64,000 nt of DNA from Octopus sinensis (lineage: Eukaryota): positions 9,424,001 to 9,488,000 of the forward strand of contig NC_043003.1 of assembly GCF_006345805.1 (NCBI RefSeq), written 5' to 3'. Below the pieces are notes generated by a model. The model was not told where the DNA came from and ran no database searches. It was given only the letters and a program-made list of their open reading frames with translations. Below, one piece after another: positions 12,840-25,329 of the stretch. Numbering within the stretch: position 1 is the first letter of the stretch; each line of letters opens with the position of its first letter. The position numbers and the translations under genes are program-made.

Positions 12840-13200
12840 TTCTTGCAGGATTAATTCCTCCAACTTTGCATTTCATTCGGCTTTTGCTACCTCTGGTTTT
12901 ATATTTAGTCTTATGAATTACTATTTTTGATGGTAACCAAGAGAGGGTAAATGTGACGACGTTAGTTTGACTACTGACATTCCTTGTCGATGCACAGTTC
13001 GGCACAAAATTGAATCTATGTCAAATACAGTGACATTCACGATTCTTAGCAGTGGGGAACACACATGAAGTTTTGTAGATGTATGTAGACGGAATACGAC
13101 AGAGTAGCTTTACCTTGACTGATTAGTGAACTTGATATTGGCATCACCAAGACGATGCTAATGTGATATTCTCCATATTGCATAAATGATGTAATGTTCA
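12840..13200 (-). mobile_element. Possible highly decayed PLE GIY-YIG 3' end
   Basis: Weak resemblance only: CASTRNV... and KYKTRGSK...KVGGINPARII* recall the PLE C-terminal R.RE..W..KL.T..P.G.N. Confidence 0.25.
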
Positions 13201-13523
13201 TAGTGGTGTAGAGAAAGCATAGATTTGGAGCTTTTTGAAGCAGTCGGAATCATAAAAAATATCCTGCTATTTATTTATTTATACTTTTGATAGATATTTA
13301 AGGTGCTTTTTTCTAATAATATATTGTTATGCATAGAGACAGCAACCGGCAGAAATATTCTAGGTGCAAATGGAAGAATTGCTGATAACTGGAAAATATT
13401 TATGAGCAGTTTCTGAACTTTATTATGGCTATGTCCACTTCAGTCTAGGTTGTTGCTGACAGTTAGAACTAAGTACCTGATATATGACGTGATCAAAAGC
13501 TCTCCCGATGAAAAAGTGCATGG

Positions 13524-13879
13524 TTATTTCAGTTTATAAGTTTATCCTCTTTTCCAGAACTGATAAGCTCAAAATTGTATATATATATATATATATATAC
13601 GAATAGCCTTCGCGTAAACCAATTTGTTCGTTTTGTTCTCTTACTTTATTATTATTATCATCTTATAATCATCTCATTATAATGACCTTTATGACTCGTA
13701 TTACTACCTCAGTCAATCTAAATGTATATATTTGTCACTGCCTGTCATAAATAGCCTGTTTCTATCTGCAATATGCGTTTTCGTTGATGTTTCATATTTT
13801 ACCCCTATATATATATATATATATACAATTTTGAGCTTATCAGTTCTGGAAAAGAGGATAAACTTATAAACTGAAATAA
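13524..13879. repeat. Perfect 56-bp inverted repeat; each arm adjoins an inner (AT)n tract
   Basis: ttatttcagtttataagtttatcctcttttccagaactgataagctcaaaattgta (13524-13579) is reverse-complemented at ~13824-13879. Confidence 0.95.
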
Positions 13880-13958
13880 GCATATATATATATAACTTTA
13901 CATAATATTAAACATTCATATGTATTCTTTTGGAATTGGTTCCTGAAGTATATATATA

Positions 13959-13998
<40 letters not shown>

Positions 13999-14179
13999 CT
14001 ATAAATGGTTGTTATGTATATATAACAATTTAATGGTTGTTTTATATGTACATTGAGAAACAATTCGAAAAAGGATTATTCTCCGTCCTCTCGAAAGATT
14101 GTATATTCTTATAACGTCAATTCATATATATGTGTGTATTTGTGTGTCTGCATGTGTGCATATATATATATATATACAG

Positions 14180-14236
<57 letters not shown>

Positions 14237-14949
14237 TTGAAAAGATATAAACAAATATTGATTAAAAGATGAAATTATTATATATTTGAGATCAACATAT
14301 TATTTTCTACACTTGTGAAATAATGGGCAATTAATCGCTATTGATTGAATTTCTTTCGTTCTGAACCCACTACCTAGTGTTCATATACTATCTAAATATT
14401 GTTCTATATAAATCAGCTTACAAATATTAAAACTGTTAAAATGTGTTCCAAATAGATGTAAGCATATGCAAGTGTTCTAAGAATAGTTAACCGGTTTAGT
14501 GTGATTATCACTGTGCTTTCTCCCTAGAATTATGTTCAGAGTACACAAGTGCATTGATTTCATTTCTTAGGATAGCAACTATAACAATTTCCATAGCACT
14601 AAGCTAAATTCCTCACTTTGAATTTGACATACATTTCTTTTATTATTAGATGCAACACAATATCCAGCGTTACCCAGATTCAAAATTAGCTATAAATAGA
14701 CTGCAATTTTTATTAATGAAAGAAAATTCGGTTAATAGAACATCACTGAATTCGTCTTTAAAGTAATTTTGCATTTGCAAGTAAAAGCGGAAATGATTTC
14801 CAATGCATATATATATTAGTCGTGTATCTTAAGCCATAAATATTACTAACATAGCTATATATTTAGTCATAGATTGACTTATATATCTAATTCAAACATA
14901 TTAAAATAAAAACACAGAATTAAATGATTTAATTTCATTTAAAAAAGAT

Positions 14950-16200
14950 ATATTTTGCGTAATACATGATATTATAACGTATCCTTGAACTCCAATAATA
15001 CTTCAAACACTGAGAAATGAGGACAAATTGGTGTCTCAGGTGAAAACCACCCATGAGAATATAGTCATTCTTATAAATCAAGGAAACCGGATGCATGCAG
15101 TAATTATATAAATAGTATCAATGACTGAGATCAGCCCAAACTTATATGACATTAGATTTGCACCCATCACATTCTAGGCAGTTCTGAATATTGCCATGGA
15201 ATATTATATCATGGAATATATTGTCATGGAATATATTCTGAATATTGTCAGGATATATGTTTTGTGTTTTACCAATATGGGCAAATATATAATGAAATTA
15301 TTGTCACTTTCAGCTCTTCAGCAAAGCAGTATTTTTCAAATTTTAGGAGTAACTCTCAAAATTAACTTTGGTGGGTAGGTGGATCTTTTGACTGATAAGG
15401 TAAAATTCAGATATTCTTGAGTCTGAAGTATTAGCGAAATTCTGGCTATAATGACATTCTATCATTTGGTGCACTCTGTACAAATAATAGAATCAATGAC
15501 ATATGGTATAAACTTTTTAACCATTAGTCTTGTGCTCTTTCTTAACACAGCAGATCTGAATTATGCAACATCGTTATTGGAGATCCTTTATTCAGAGATG
15601 AAATCTGTGTGTCGATATGTATTGAGATTCCTAATTTATGCACGGTAGTGAACGGGTGTCTATTGATTTGTAGCTATGTCTATTTCCTGGAAGTGCTTGC
15701 AACAGCTGCCATCTGATACTTTTCAACCAAACACTTCTTTTGTCACAGATACTAGTGAATGTTAAAAGTTGTACAGATTCTGTAATATGCTACACAGGTC
15801 CTCAAAAGATTTCTGGATGCCAATCAGAGATCATCCCAGATGATTATTTGGCATTTCTTAAAATTATCCAATTCCCGAATGGTTTGCGATATTGCAAATA
15901 ATTGTATCATTTTAGATTCAGTTGATAATTCTCAACACATGTCTGTATATTCTACTATATGTTCACTGAGAGATATCTGTTTGTAGCTAGGAAATAGAAT
16001 TTATGCTTCAGGCAGCGTTATTTATTTTCTGAATCTGTTTATTCCATAAAATTCTCGCTACATACTAAACAAGTTATTACAAGAATTAGTTTTCTCGACG
16101 AAAAGTTAAAATTAATTGATTTGAAAGATTGTCTTTATTGAAAATGGAATTCTGAATCTTTGGATAATTTAACACAAATTCCACAGTTGGGTAGCACATA
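14950..16200 (-). mobile_element. Decayed Penelope-like RT N-terminal region
   Basis: Minus frames give ILTFRREN (FxRRLRL-like), SLNKGSPITMLHNSDLL (ADKGxAVVIMxxxDY-like) and SRISEFYLISQKIHLP (PRxxxFYxLPKIHKP-like), in the expected order. Confidence 0.55.
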
Positions 16201-16710
16201 CTTTTTTGAGTGATAGTTCTCATGTCGTTTAATAGTATTCAGCATCTAGTAACGTTCTCTCATGATTGTGATTGCTTTTACATTCATAATCGTAAATTTT
16301 TATAATTGTATTACTGTATTTACGTAAATTCTTTTAGTTTCTTTATGTCTGCAGAATCCGATTAATCCTGGCATCATTTTCCAGCATCGGTACATTTTGA
16401 AGAATATTATTATAGGATACGTTTTTTGTAGGATGTGGTAACATTTTGTAGGATATGGTAACATTCTCATTCAAATGTGGTGTTTTGTTTTTATTGCTTA
16501 CACACACACACACACATATATATATGGTAGAATTATAAAAAGAAAGTTCTGGGTCAGTATAATATATTTGAAAAAAATGAGTAGAGATGTTTTTTATAGG
16601 ATAATATTTACTTTAATAATAATGCTTCACCTACTGTAAATATTATTATTAAAATAAAAAATAGCCCTGTAAAAGCCATCTTTACTTATGTTTTCAAATA
16701 CATACATATG

Positions 16711-17422
16711 TACAGGGTGCGGTGGATAAACTGTAGTCTAAATTACGTAAAAATGAAAATAACACTGACATTTAATTTTAACAGATATATTAACCAAAAT
16801 TACATAAAAATATCTTGAAATACTAATGAGTAAATATATTCAATAAAATCACCATTAGCTTCAACTGCGGCCTCCAGACAACTTCGGAATCGTCTGCAAC
16901 TCTTCTGGACGGTCTCTTTGCTTAAGTTGGTGAATGCTGCCATAATCATTGCCTTCAGTTCATCTTTGGAGTTACAAAAAGTTTTGTTGGTCTCTCGCTA
17001 AAACTGCGTCCCACACATAATGAAGGGGATTGCAGTCTGGGGAGTTAGGTGGTCAAATGTGAGGGGTAATATGGTCGCAGATATTGTCTGACAGCTATGA
17101 CTGCTATCTTCTGCTTGTGTGGAATGGTGCAGAGTCCTGTTGCATAGTGTCTTCCAGCAGCCACCCTCTTGACCCAGAGCAGCACTGTCTCTTCCAGGCA
17201 TTTCACGTAGGCCTCCGTGTTGAGTCTGAGGCCGTGTGAGAAGATGAATGGAGGCATAGCGTCAGAGGAAGATGAATGGAGGCATAGCGTCAGAAAGCTG
17301 TTTTTCTCACAGACGGTTCCCAACTAACCCTGCGATACTGTGTATTTAACAAAATGAAAAACAATGCACTTGCGCGAAATTAGAAATATAAAATGGTGGC
17401 AAATTACCAATCGCACGCTGTG
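16711..17422 (-). mobile_element. Internally deleted Tc1/mariner maT-type (DD37D spacing) DNA transposon
   Basis: Imperfect TIRs (tacagggtgcggtggataaactg ... caaattaccaatcgcacgctgtg). Minus translation includes PPFIFSHGLRLNTEAYVKCLEETVL...QQDSAP...PPNSPDCNPLHYVW...ELKAMI. A 27-bp tandem duplication sits at 17240-17294. Confidence 0.85.
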
Positions 17423-18137
17423 TGTGTGTGTGTGTGTGTGTGTGTGACACCCACACACACACACACACACCCACACACGCACACACACACATACACACAC
17501 ACACGGACACACTCACAGATACACACACAGACACACAGATACACCTCCACAAAACGATCATAAAATGTTGAAAGAATTCTTAAGCCCCAAAAAGCATTTG
17601 ACCATTAAACACACACACACTCTCTCACAATGATAAAAGGAAATATAATTTATGGCCTGTCTCCTCGCCACCACACACTCAGTGACACTGAGTGTGTGGT
17701 CAAAACTGAAATTCCTCTTTTCTTCTTTTTTTCCTAAGGCCTTAGAACCCCCTTGGAGTCAATATTCTGTCCAGCAGACCAAAAAAATTATTTTCTTCTT
17801 CTTCCCTCTCTCTTCCCCTCTTTCTCTTTAGCACTCATCCCAGATACAAAAAACACACACACACGCACACACACATACACACATGTTCTCTCTCTCACTT
17901 TCTCCTCATCCATCATCCTCTTGTACTGTCTTATATTCCTCCCCACCACTACAAAACTCTATAAAATGATCAAAATTCCTCACACAGGAACTTAGTTTGA
18001 TTTGAAAACCCCACTAGAATGGGAGAAAGCGCTAATGATCTAAGTGATATGATATATATATATAAAATGTAATATATAAATAAATATCTGTAAATATAAA
18101 CCATCCGATCGTCTGAGTACCTCATTTCTTCTAATAT

Positions 18138-18175
<38 letters not shown>

Positions 18176-18379
18176 CGTGCATGTAGGTACGAATGTCTTT
18201 GTACACACAAACATCGGACATCATTTTGTGCATTCTTTTAATGATATAAAAATGAAATAAAAATGAATATTCGTCCTAGTGTGTCTGTGAACACCAACAC
18301 TAATGCTTAAGAGCAGAACTATAAGAACAAGATACAATGAGAACAAGAATGAAAACATGAATAAAAACAACGGAAACAA

Positions 18380-18543
18380 CGATGATCGCGCTGATAGGGA
18401 CCACGATGATGATGTCGATGACGATGATGAGGATGATGATGATGAAGATAATGTCTATGACGACGATGATAAAGTTTACATTAACAATGCCGCTAGAGTT
18501 AATGGAGAGATAGCAGCAACGGCAGTTATAGCAGGAGTAACAT

Positions 18544-18592
<49 letters not shown>
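18380..18592. repeat. (GAT)n and (TAG)n microsatellites
   Basis: Directly visible. They explain the poly-D and poly-S of ORF 18303-18620. Confidence 0.9.
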
Positions 18593-18639
18593 ACCAAATT
18601 TGAACCTAACATACACATGAAAATGATATGAGAACAATC

Positions 18640-18950
18640 CGATTCTTCCTTCCTCTTACGTCTTCTTGCGAACATAAGAAATGCCGTTTTTTTCTCTGTG
18701 TAATTCTGGTTGCAGTGACGTTGCAAGCACCTGTTTGTTATTTTACGAAGACTTTTATTCCAGCTATCTTGAGTTCTGTGTTTGTTAGGCTTTGTCTTTC
18801 TCACAAGTTCCGTCATTTCTCTATCACACGCGCTAAAACCCCTACAGCAGATTGTTGGTTGAGCGCAATCGGGACAGTTGTTTGTTCCCCTTCTCAGTAA
18901 AATAGAGAATCGTCTTGCCAGATATTTTTCATTAGTGAAAGACATAAATA
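18640..18950 (-). mobile_element. Possible decayed PLE GIY-YIG C-terminus
   Basis: TICCRGFSACDREMTELVRKT...LRKITNRCLQRHC...AFLMF resembles the IxCxxC..YIGET..LR..H..PxSxH..C..F.xFPF pattern. Confidence 0.35.
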
Positions 18951-19569
18951 TCTTTATGTATTCATTAGATTAAGTTTTCTCCCTTTTAATGTTTCTCTTA
19001 GTCCTACAGCCTTTAGCATACACATAAACTATTTCAATCTCGTTAGGTCTCTTCTGTACAAAGCAATTAGTGTCAATTGAACACTGTATTATATTAGATT
19101 ATTAACTTTGCAGAAGGTAAAGGAAGTATAAGCAAGTATGTACTTAATGTATTTCTTTATGATGAAGGCGTTATCGCGTATAGTTCATTAGTAGTGTGAG
19201 GGATGAAGAGATACACACAAGGCGAGCAAGAAGTTAGGGAGCGGGGTTAGTCGATTACATCGATGCCATTTCTTGACTAAAACCTAATTCCTTAATTAGC
19301 ACTTTTAAGGCTAGAACTTTCAAGGAGTGCTGGTTATTCGCTACCACAAACACCAGTATTTGATTAGTACTTCATATTACCGATATCAGAAGAATTAAAA
19401 GCGGAGTCAACGTCCATTTAATTTGTACTCAGAACATAAGATGCAAGAAGAAATATACACGATAAGTTTTTCAACAGACAAAATTACCTGTTTGAGCTGT
19501 TCACAGATTTTCTCCTGCATTTTAGCTAAATATTCTTTTCTAATCTAGGCAACAGGCCAGAAATTTTTT

Positions 19570-19748
19570 TGGTGGGACCAGTCGTATAGATCGGCTCCAG
19601 TACACAACTGGTACTTAATTTATCGACACGAAAGGATAGAAGGCAAAGTCAACCCCGGCGGAATTTGAACTCAGTGCGTAAAGACTGACGAAATACTGCT
19701 AAGCATTTCGCCCGACGTGCTACAGTTTCTGCCAACTCGCTGCCTTAC
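19570..19748 (-). mobile_element. SINE family A
   Basis: actggtacttaatttatcgac...aggcaaagtc...gaatttgaactcag...ctgccaactcgctgcc matches 51177-51414. Confidence 0.85.
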
Positions 19749-19991
19749 TTCTGCTTAATATTAAATTACAATTGGAGTCTAGGATTCCACTGTTAGGTTA
19801 CCAGAGAACGTTTCGATATATTTATAAAATTATTATATTCGTGTATGTATACAATATACGCACACAAAAACACATGTATGTATATATGCATATATATATA
19901 TTGTTGGAAATGGATTAGATGGCGTTGAATAAAATTATTATGTAAATAATGTATATATATATGCATATATACATACATGTATGTTCATACA

Positions 19992-20147
19992 TACATATAT
20001 ATGTATATAGATATGCATATATGGGTAGAGGACGTCACAAAACGTAAACAACATGAAATACGAAAATAAAGTTGGGTACGTATTTCATGTTGTTTACGTT
20101 TTTGACGTCCTGTACCTAATATGCATATCTATATACATATATATGTA
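19992..20147. repeat. ~70-bp inverted repeat that includes flanking microsatellite, 16-nt spacer
   Basis: ...gatatgcatatatgggtagaggacgtcacaaaacgtaaacaacatgaaatacg versus cgtatttcatgttgtttacgtttttgacgtcctgtacctaatatgcatatc... Confidence 0.9.
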
Positions 20148-20195
20148 TGTACATATGTACATGCATATATGCATAATACAGACACACACACACAT

Positions 20196-20256
<61 letters not shown>

Positions 20257-20268
20257 CATACATATATA

Positions 20269-20308
<40 letters not shown>

Positions 20309-21289
20309 TATATACATATATATATATACATATATATATACATACATATATCCTGCAGGACAAAAATTGCTAACAATGCTATATATTTGCATAGGAGTTA
20401 AATGTATTCTCTCTATTGTTCCGCTATAAATTGGAATTCTTTTCTTTCTCTTATTATCAGGTAACAGCAAAGGAATATCAAGTGAAAAGAAAACGAAACA
20501 CAAATCACCACCACAAAGAAGTTCAATATCAGTGCAAACCAAAGCAATACCAATATCAAACGAACCAAGCTAGATTAAAGTCAATCAAAACAAACCAGAT
20601 ATATTTGACAAAATTTCTGTATAAGGATACTTTACTGTTAGCGGCTTTGATGTCTTCCCTCAGTGGATATTACGGGATTTTCAGCGCTTATCCTTATATG
20701 GAAGCAGGTTAGTTCTCGATATTTTAATATCTTTGTTTAGTCGAATTTACATTTTATCTGCATTTGTTCTACAAATTCATTTTCAACATCAATATATACA
20801 TAAAAAAGGAATTGTGATTATAGTTTTCTATCTGCAACTTTGTGTTTGTAACATTCTGACAATTTATTAAATGTACAATTTATATACATTTAACTATAAT
20901 ACGGGGAAATAATATTATAAGCAATTTGACAAATATCTACGTCATCCATTTGGAACTGTTGTCCATTACATTTACGTAATATGCTTTGTTGCAGAAATGA
21001 AGACGGCTTTTTTGTTGTTATTGAAATCACATTGCTTTGCTTATTAACATACATTAACATTATTTTCTAAAGATAATTTTGCAATTATTAATGACACAAT
21101 GATGCACAAATTCATAAGCAAATGCACGCACGCGCACACACTGACACACACACAGACATATATATGTACATATGTTTTATATACACACATATATATTAAA
21201 TATTGTAATATATAATATAATATTGCATAACAGTATTATACATATATATGTATATTTTCAAAATGTAATTACATGTGAATCGTTGGCGA

Positions 21290-21465
21290 TTTTTTTCCTC
21301 CGTCTTACATTCTATTGGACTTTCCTTTTTCCGAAGAAAAGCGTCTGCTCGAAACGTTAAACCATCTTTCTTTCCTCCTCTGAGCGTCTGCTAATACTTT
21401 ACATGTACCCATGTATCACGTCCTCGCGTTGTTGTGTTTTTTGTGTTTGTTCTACTTTTTGGGAT
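21290..21465 (+). mobile_element. PLE-terminal-repeat-like fragment with degenerate minimal hammerhead (21328-21361)
   Basis: ttt-CCGAAGA-aaagc(gtct)gctc-GAAA-cg-TT-aaa: palindromic ACGT stem III, U4-to-C change, imperfect stem II. Confidence 0.5.
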
Positions 21466-21468
21466 TAA

Positions 21469-21527
<59 letters not shown>

Positions 21528-21573
21528 CAGAGAATGAAAGAGAGAAAGTGGTAGGAAGAGTTTACCGACAAAT

Positions 21574-21855
21574 TACTCCGTCGGTTACGACGACGAGGGT
21601 CACAGCTGATACGACCAACGGAACAGACAGCTTGCTCGTGAAATTAACGTGCTAGTGGCTGAGCACTCCACAGACACGTGTACCCTTAACGCCATTCTCA
21701 GGGAGAGTCAGCGCGACACAGAGTTTGAACTACAGGTACTACTGGAGCAACGTGAAATAAAGTGTCTTGCTCAAAGACACAACGCGTCGCCGGGAATTGA
21801 ACTCATGGTCTTACGATTGTGAGCCGAATGCCCTAACCACTAACCCACAAGCCAT
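21574..21855 (-). mobile_element. Chimeric SINE: head as at 49410-49640, tail of family C
   Basis: The head (ggcgacgcgttgtgtctttgagcaagacactttatttcacg..ctccagt) is shared with 49410. The tail (aagggtacacgtgtctgtggagtgctcagccac...cgtcgtaaccgacggag) is shared with 48089. Confidence 0.8.
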
Positions 21856-22049
21856 ATATGCACATGTAATCAGAGGTAAAAATTCGTCATTGAATCAGAA
21901 AACTGTCAAAATATTTCAAATGTTACTATTACCCCCTCTCTCTCCTTGTATAATATGTACGTTCATATACACATACAAACATAAACACATATATGCATAT
22001 ATATACATGTATATATGTGTGTATGTATACCTTGAAGTTCCAAATAAAT

Positions 22050-22700
22050 ACTTCATTTACTATGGTTAACACTGATCCGAAGCCAGGCGGTCCTCATCCA
22101 TAACAAAACAGTCTACTGCATCTCCAACATTTTCTGCCTCATGAATCACCCCCTCTACATTAACCTAACCCTGCAACGTGCTATACTGCGAGCACTGCGA
22201 ATCAACAAATCCGATCCCTCTATTTCTACCCCGTACCATCTGTAAAGGCGACTGTAAATCTACGTAACCTACTCAACCGTAGCTCTTTTCCGTCCCATCG
22301 TATCCAGTCCAGATCACTCTTTTGACACGGATCGGTGCAAAATCTGTCTTTTCTTCTTCAACACTATTCTACCCACAATATACAACAGTCACTCTTTCTA
22401 TAAAATCGATTGATTCCCTTTCATAACTACAAATCTCGTTTACCCTTCAAAATTCTGACTCCGAAATTTCATATACATCAAACATTCTAGACGTCTCTTG
22501 AATGAATTCACTGAACTTCCGAGAAGTATCTGGTCTCGTAATGACTCCTCTGTTGCATGCCTTTCTGCTCTGTACATCTCTACATGTTCGGTGAAACTCT
22601 ATACCGTTATTTCCCAGACTCATGCATCCAATGCAAAGGTACGCTCATGTTCAATCCTCAAATATTCATTTTATCACGCACACCTTCACAGCCATACTCA
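22050..22700 (+). mobile_element. Decayed Penelope-like GIY-YIG 3' end
   Basis: NLRNLLNRS...TTNLVYP...SRRLLNEFTELPRSIWSRNDSSVACL parallels NLRDxLVRS...SxNxIY...RRLxDRFxEHLRSI..NxxSPVAxHF. Confidence 0.6.
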
Positions 22701-23291
22701 TATTCATCCATGTACATATATAACCATACTCACACAAACGCACTACAGACCTGTACGCATGCGTATATATGTGTGTATGTGCGTGCGTGCGTGCGTGCTT
22801 GTGTGGGTCTGTGTGTATATATTTGCAAAGAAAAATGAGATTTAATTCATACCACGATCAAATGGTTATTATTAATTATTTGAAACAATATAACAAATAG
22901 TATAACTTGTCTAGTATTACTTTCAGTCTTGTGACAAGCAAGACTTAGCTGTGCTCTAAGTCATAGACTTGTATCAAAGAAGACAGTTTAATACAAGCTG
23001 GCCCTTGGTGGCTTCTTTAAAGACAAACTCTGTGGGAAGTCTATTCTGTGGGAAGTCCACTCTGTTGCAACCTTTCTGGTCAGGCTGGCTTCTCTTGAGA
23101 ACAATCTTTTCTTAGTGGTAAAACCATAGGTGGTCTACTTCTAGCGTAATGGATGTCTACTTAGTGGTCATATCGCTTCTATGTATGTAATATAATTTTT
23201 CTGAATCTTCATGTTTTTCAATATGCCAGGCCACTGGTTTTGAATTGATATTAATCAAATTAATATTCAATTTTTCATCCTTATTATTTTA

Positions 23292-23381
<90 letters not shown>

Positions 23382-23382
23382 T

Positions 23383-23650
23383 GTGGAGGCGGTTTCGATT
23401 CCCAGACCGGGCGTTGTGAGTGTTTATTGAGCGAAAACACCTAAAGCTCAACGAGGCTCCGGCACGGGGTGGTGGCGATCCCTGCTGTACTCTTTCGCCG
23501 CAACTTTCTCCCACTCTTCCTTCTGCTGACCTGCTCGCTTAGCCAGCGGGGTGGCGTCATTTGAAGGCTAAAACAATGCGAAGCGCATTGTAACCAGCAA
23601 TGTGTAGCAAGATCTGATAGCCTAGTCGGTCACGATGATCACGGTGATAT
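23383..23650 (+). mobile_element. SINE family C head with alternative tail (C'); A-box region deleted
   Basis: gcggtttcgattcccagaccgggcgttgtgagtgtttattgagcgaaaacacctaaagctc... The tail (ttagccagcggggtggcgtcatt.gaaggctaaaacaatgcg...ggtcacg) is shared with 34890-35178. Confidence 0.85.
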
Positions 23651-24389
23651 ATATATGTAGATGTGCTTATCTGAATGTTTGTGTCAGTATTCAATATTTC
23701 TCTTTTGCAGTATTCGAAGAAAATTGATACTTATAAAATATTTATAGCTTGTATTAAAACAGACTTTCTTAGAAATTTCAATGGATTCTTATTTTGTTTT
23801 ATTATATAATTAGACAATGCAACATTGAATAATTGTATGGAAGAAACTTCTGTGTCTCACCTATATTGTTAGATACACTTATATAACACAACTAATACAA
23901 CTTACATTAGTATTTTGACGTAAAATATAGTTTTACAACCACCACCAATGTAGTTAAGAGAGAATTTGTTCTGATTTCCTGACAACGAAAACTTATTTAT
24001 TACCTTAATTTGTATACGCTTTATTTTCACGTTGGTGAACATTATAGAAGAATGTCTATGGGAAAAAATTATTTTTATTTCTAGTGAGACACTAATAAAG
24101 TATCTTTAATAGGTTATAAGAGATAAGAAAAATATATATCTTACTGAATGTCATTATATTTTTATATTTAGGGTTTATCACTTTTTTATTTTCTGATTTA
24201 ATATGTCATTGTTCGGTTTATGGAGAATATAACAACAATAAAATTTAGTAAATGCATGTCTTTCGTCCATTCGGAATCTATAAAATGAAGTACCAGTCAG
24301 GTTCTGCGTCGACATAAGCGACTATTCGCCTCTCCTTAAATTGCTTGCCTTATACCAAAATTTGAAAGAATTATTATTATCATTAGGTG

Positions 24390-24780
24390 GGTGAGGGCGA
24401 AAGAGATTGATTGGTGGACAAGGCTGAAAGGAATGAGGACAGATACATTTTTTGGGGTAAAGCTCTCACTGACTTCTTCAAGTTTCACTTGAAAACGAAA
24501 TTGGAGTAGAGGAAAGTGCTGTTCTCGAGTCAGGCTTATTGAAAGGTGGGTGAAAGTTGCGAAAATGGTAACAGTGATGGTACCTCTCTAAGTGTGGACT
24601 TGTGAGTCGGAGAGAAGGAATTGGAGAGGGTACTTCCTCCTGTGGTTTCTGGGGAAATCTCGGTCAGAGGGATTTCTCGATTATCCCTAGAGACCTTCCT
24701 GTATCAGGAGGGCAATATCTCTATCATACGCACTCCACATCTTTTAAATATTTGCATGCTATGCATATGTCCCTTCTTTT
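24390..24780 (-). mobile_element. Possible decayed PLE RT/GIY linker fragment
   Basis: YHHCYHFRNFHPPFNKPDSRTALSSTPISFSSE resembles ..TYHP....NFxxLxxDPxT..IF..PPxxSF.R. Confidence 0.35.
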
Positions 24781-24959
24781 TCAGAGTGTACCGTGTATAA
24801 TTACTTTCTTTCACTTTTTTATCTAATTTTTTTATTATATCATTATATGTAAACACTCACAAATTATGTCTGTCTTTGTATTGTCCTCCTCATCATTCGC
24901 CCTTGTGGCAAAAAATGAAATCATCACCATCCTCCTCCTCCTCCTCATCATCATCATCA

Positions 24960-25007
<48 letters not shown>

Positions 25008-25009
<2 letters not shown>

Positions 25010-25287
25010 GAGCAGTGCATGTGACACATGGCTATGCTGCTCCCCCACTACTTCTATTCGTGATCAGAGATGCACATATCGTCAGCCACTAAGGGACATG
25101 CTCAACTAGTTAAGGTCAACCAACTGATAAGCAAATCTGTGGTATTGAGCAGAATATTTGCTATTAGCCCATCTTTTATACCAAGACAAAACAATGTACA
25201 TGATAACACTTCCAATAAGTTAAGATCAGAAGCCACGAGAGCCACTGCCTGGTACTGCCTGGCACTGCCTGGTACTGCATCATGGCA
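25008..25287 (-). mobile_element. Repeat 'D', copy 3 (large internal deletion), (TTA)n on both sides
   Basis: gagcagtgcatg is joined directly to acacatggctatg... It ends actgcctggtactgcatcatggcattt followed by (TAT)n. Confidence 0.9.
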
Positions 25288-25290
25288 TTT

Positions 25291-25326
<36 letters not shown>

Positions 25327-25329
<3 letters not shown>

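Noticed and set aside
18303-18620. Acidic/Ser-rich 105-aa ORF
   Set aside because: Built from (GAT)n and (TAG)n repeats; no supporting splice or homology evidence.
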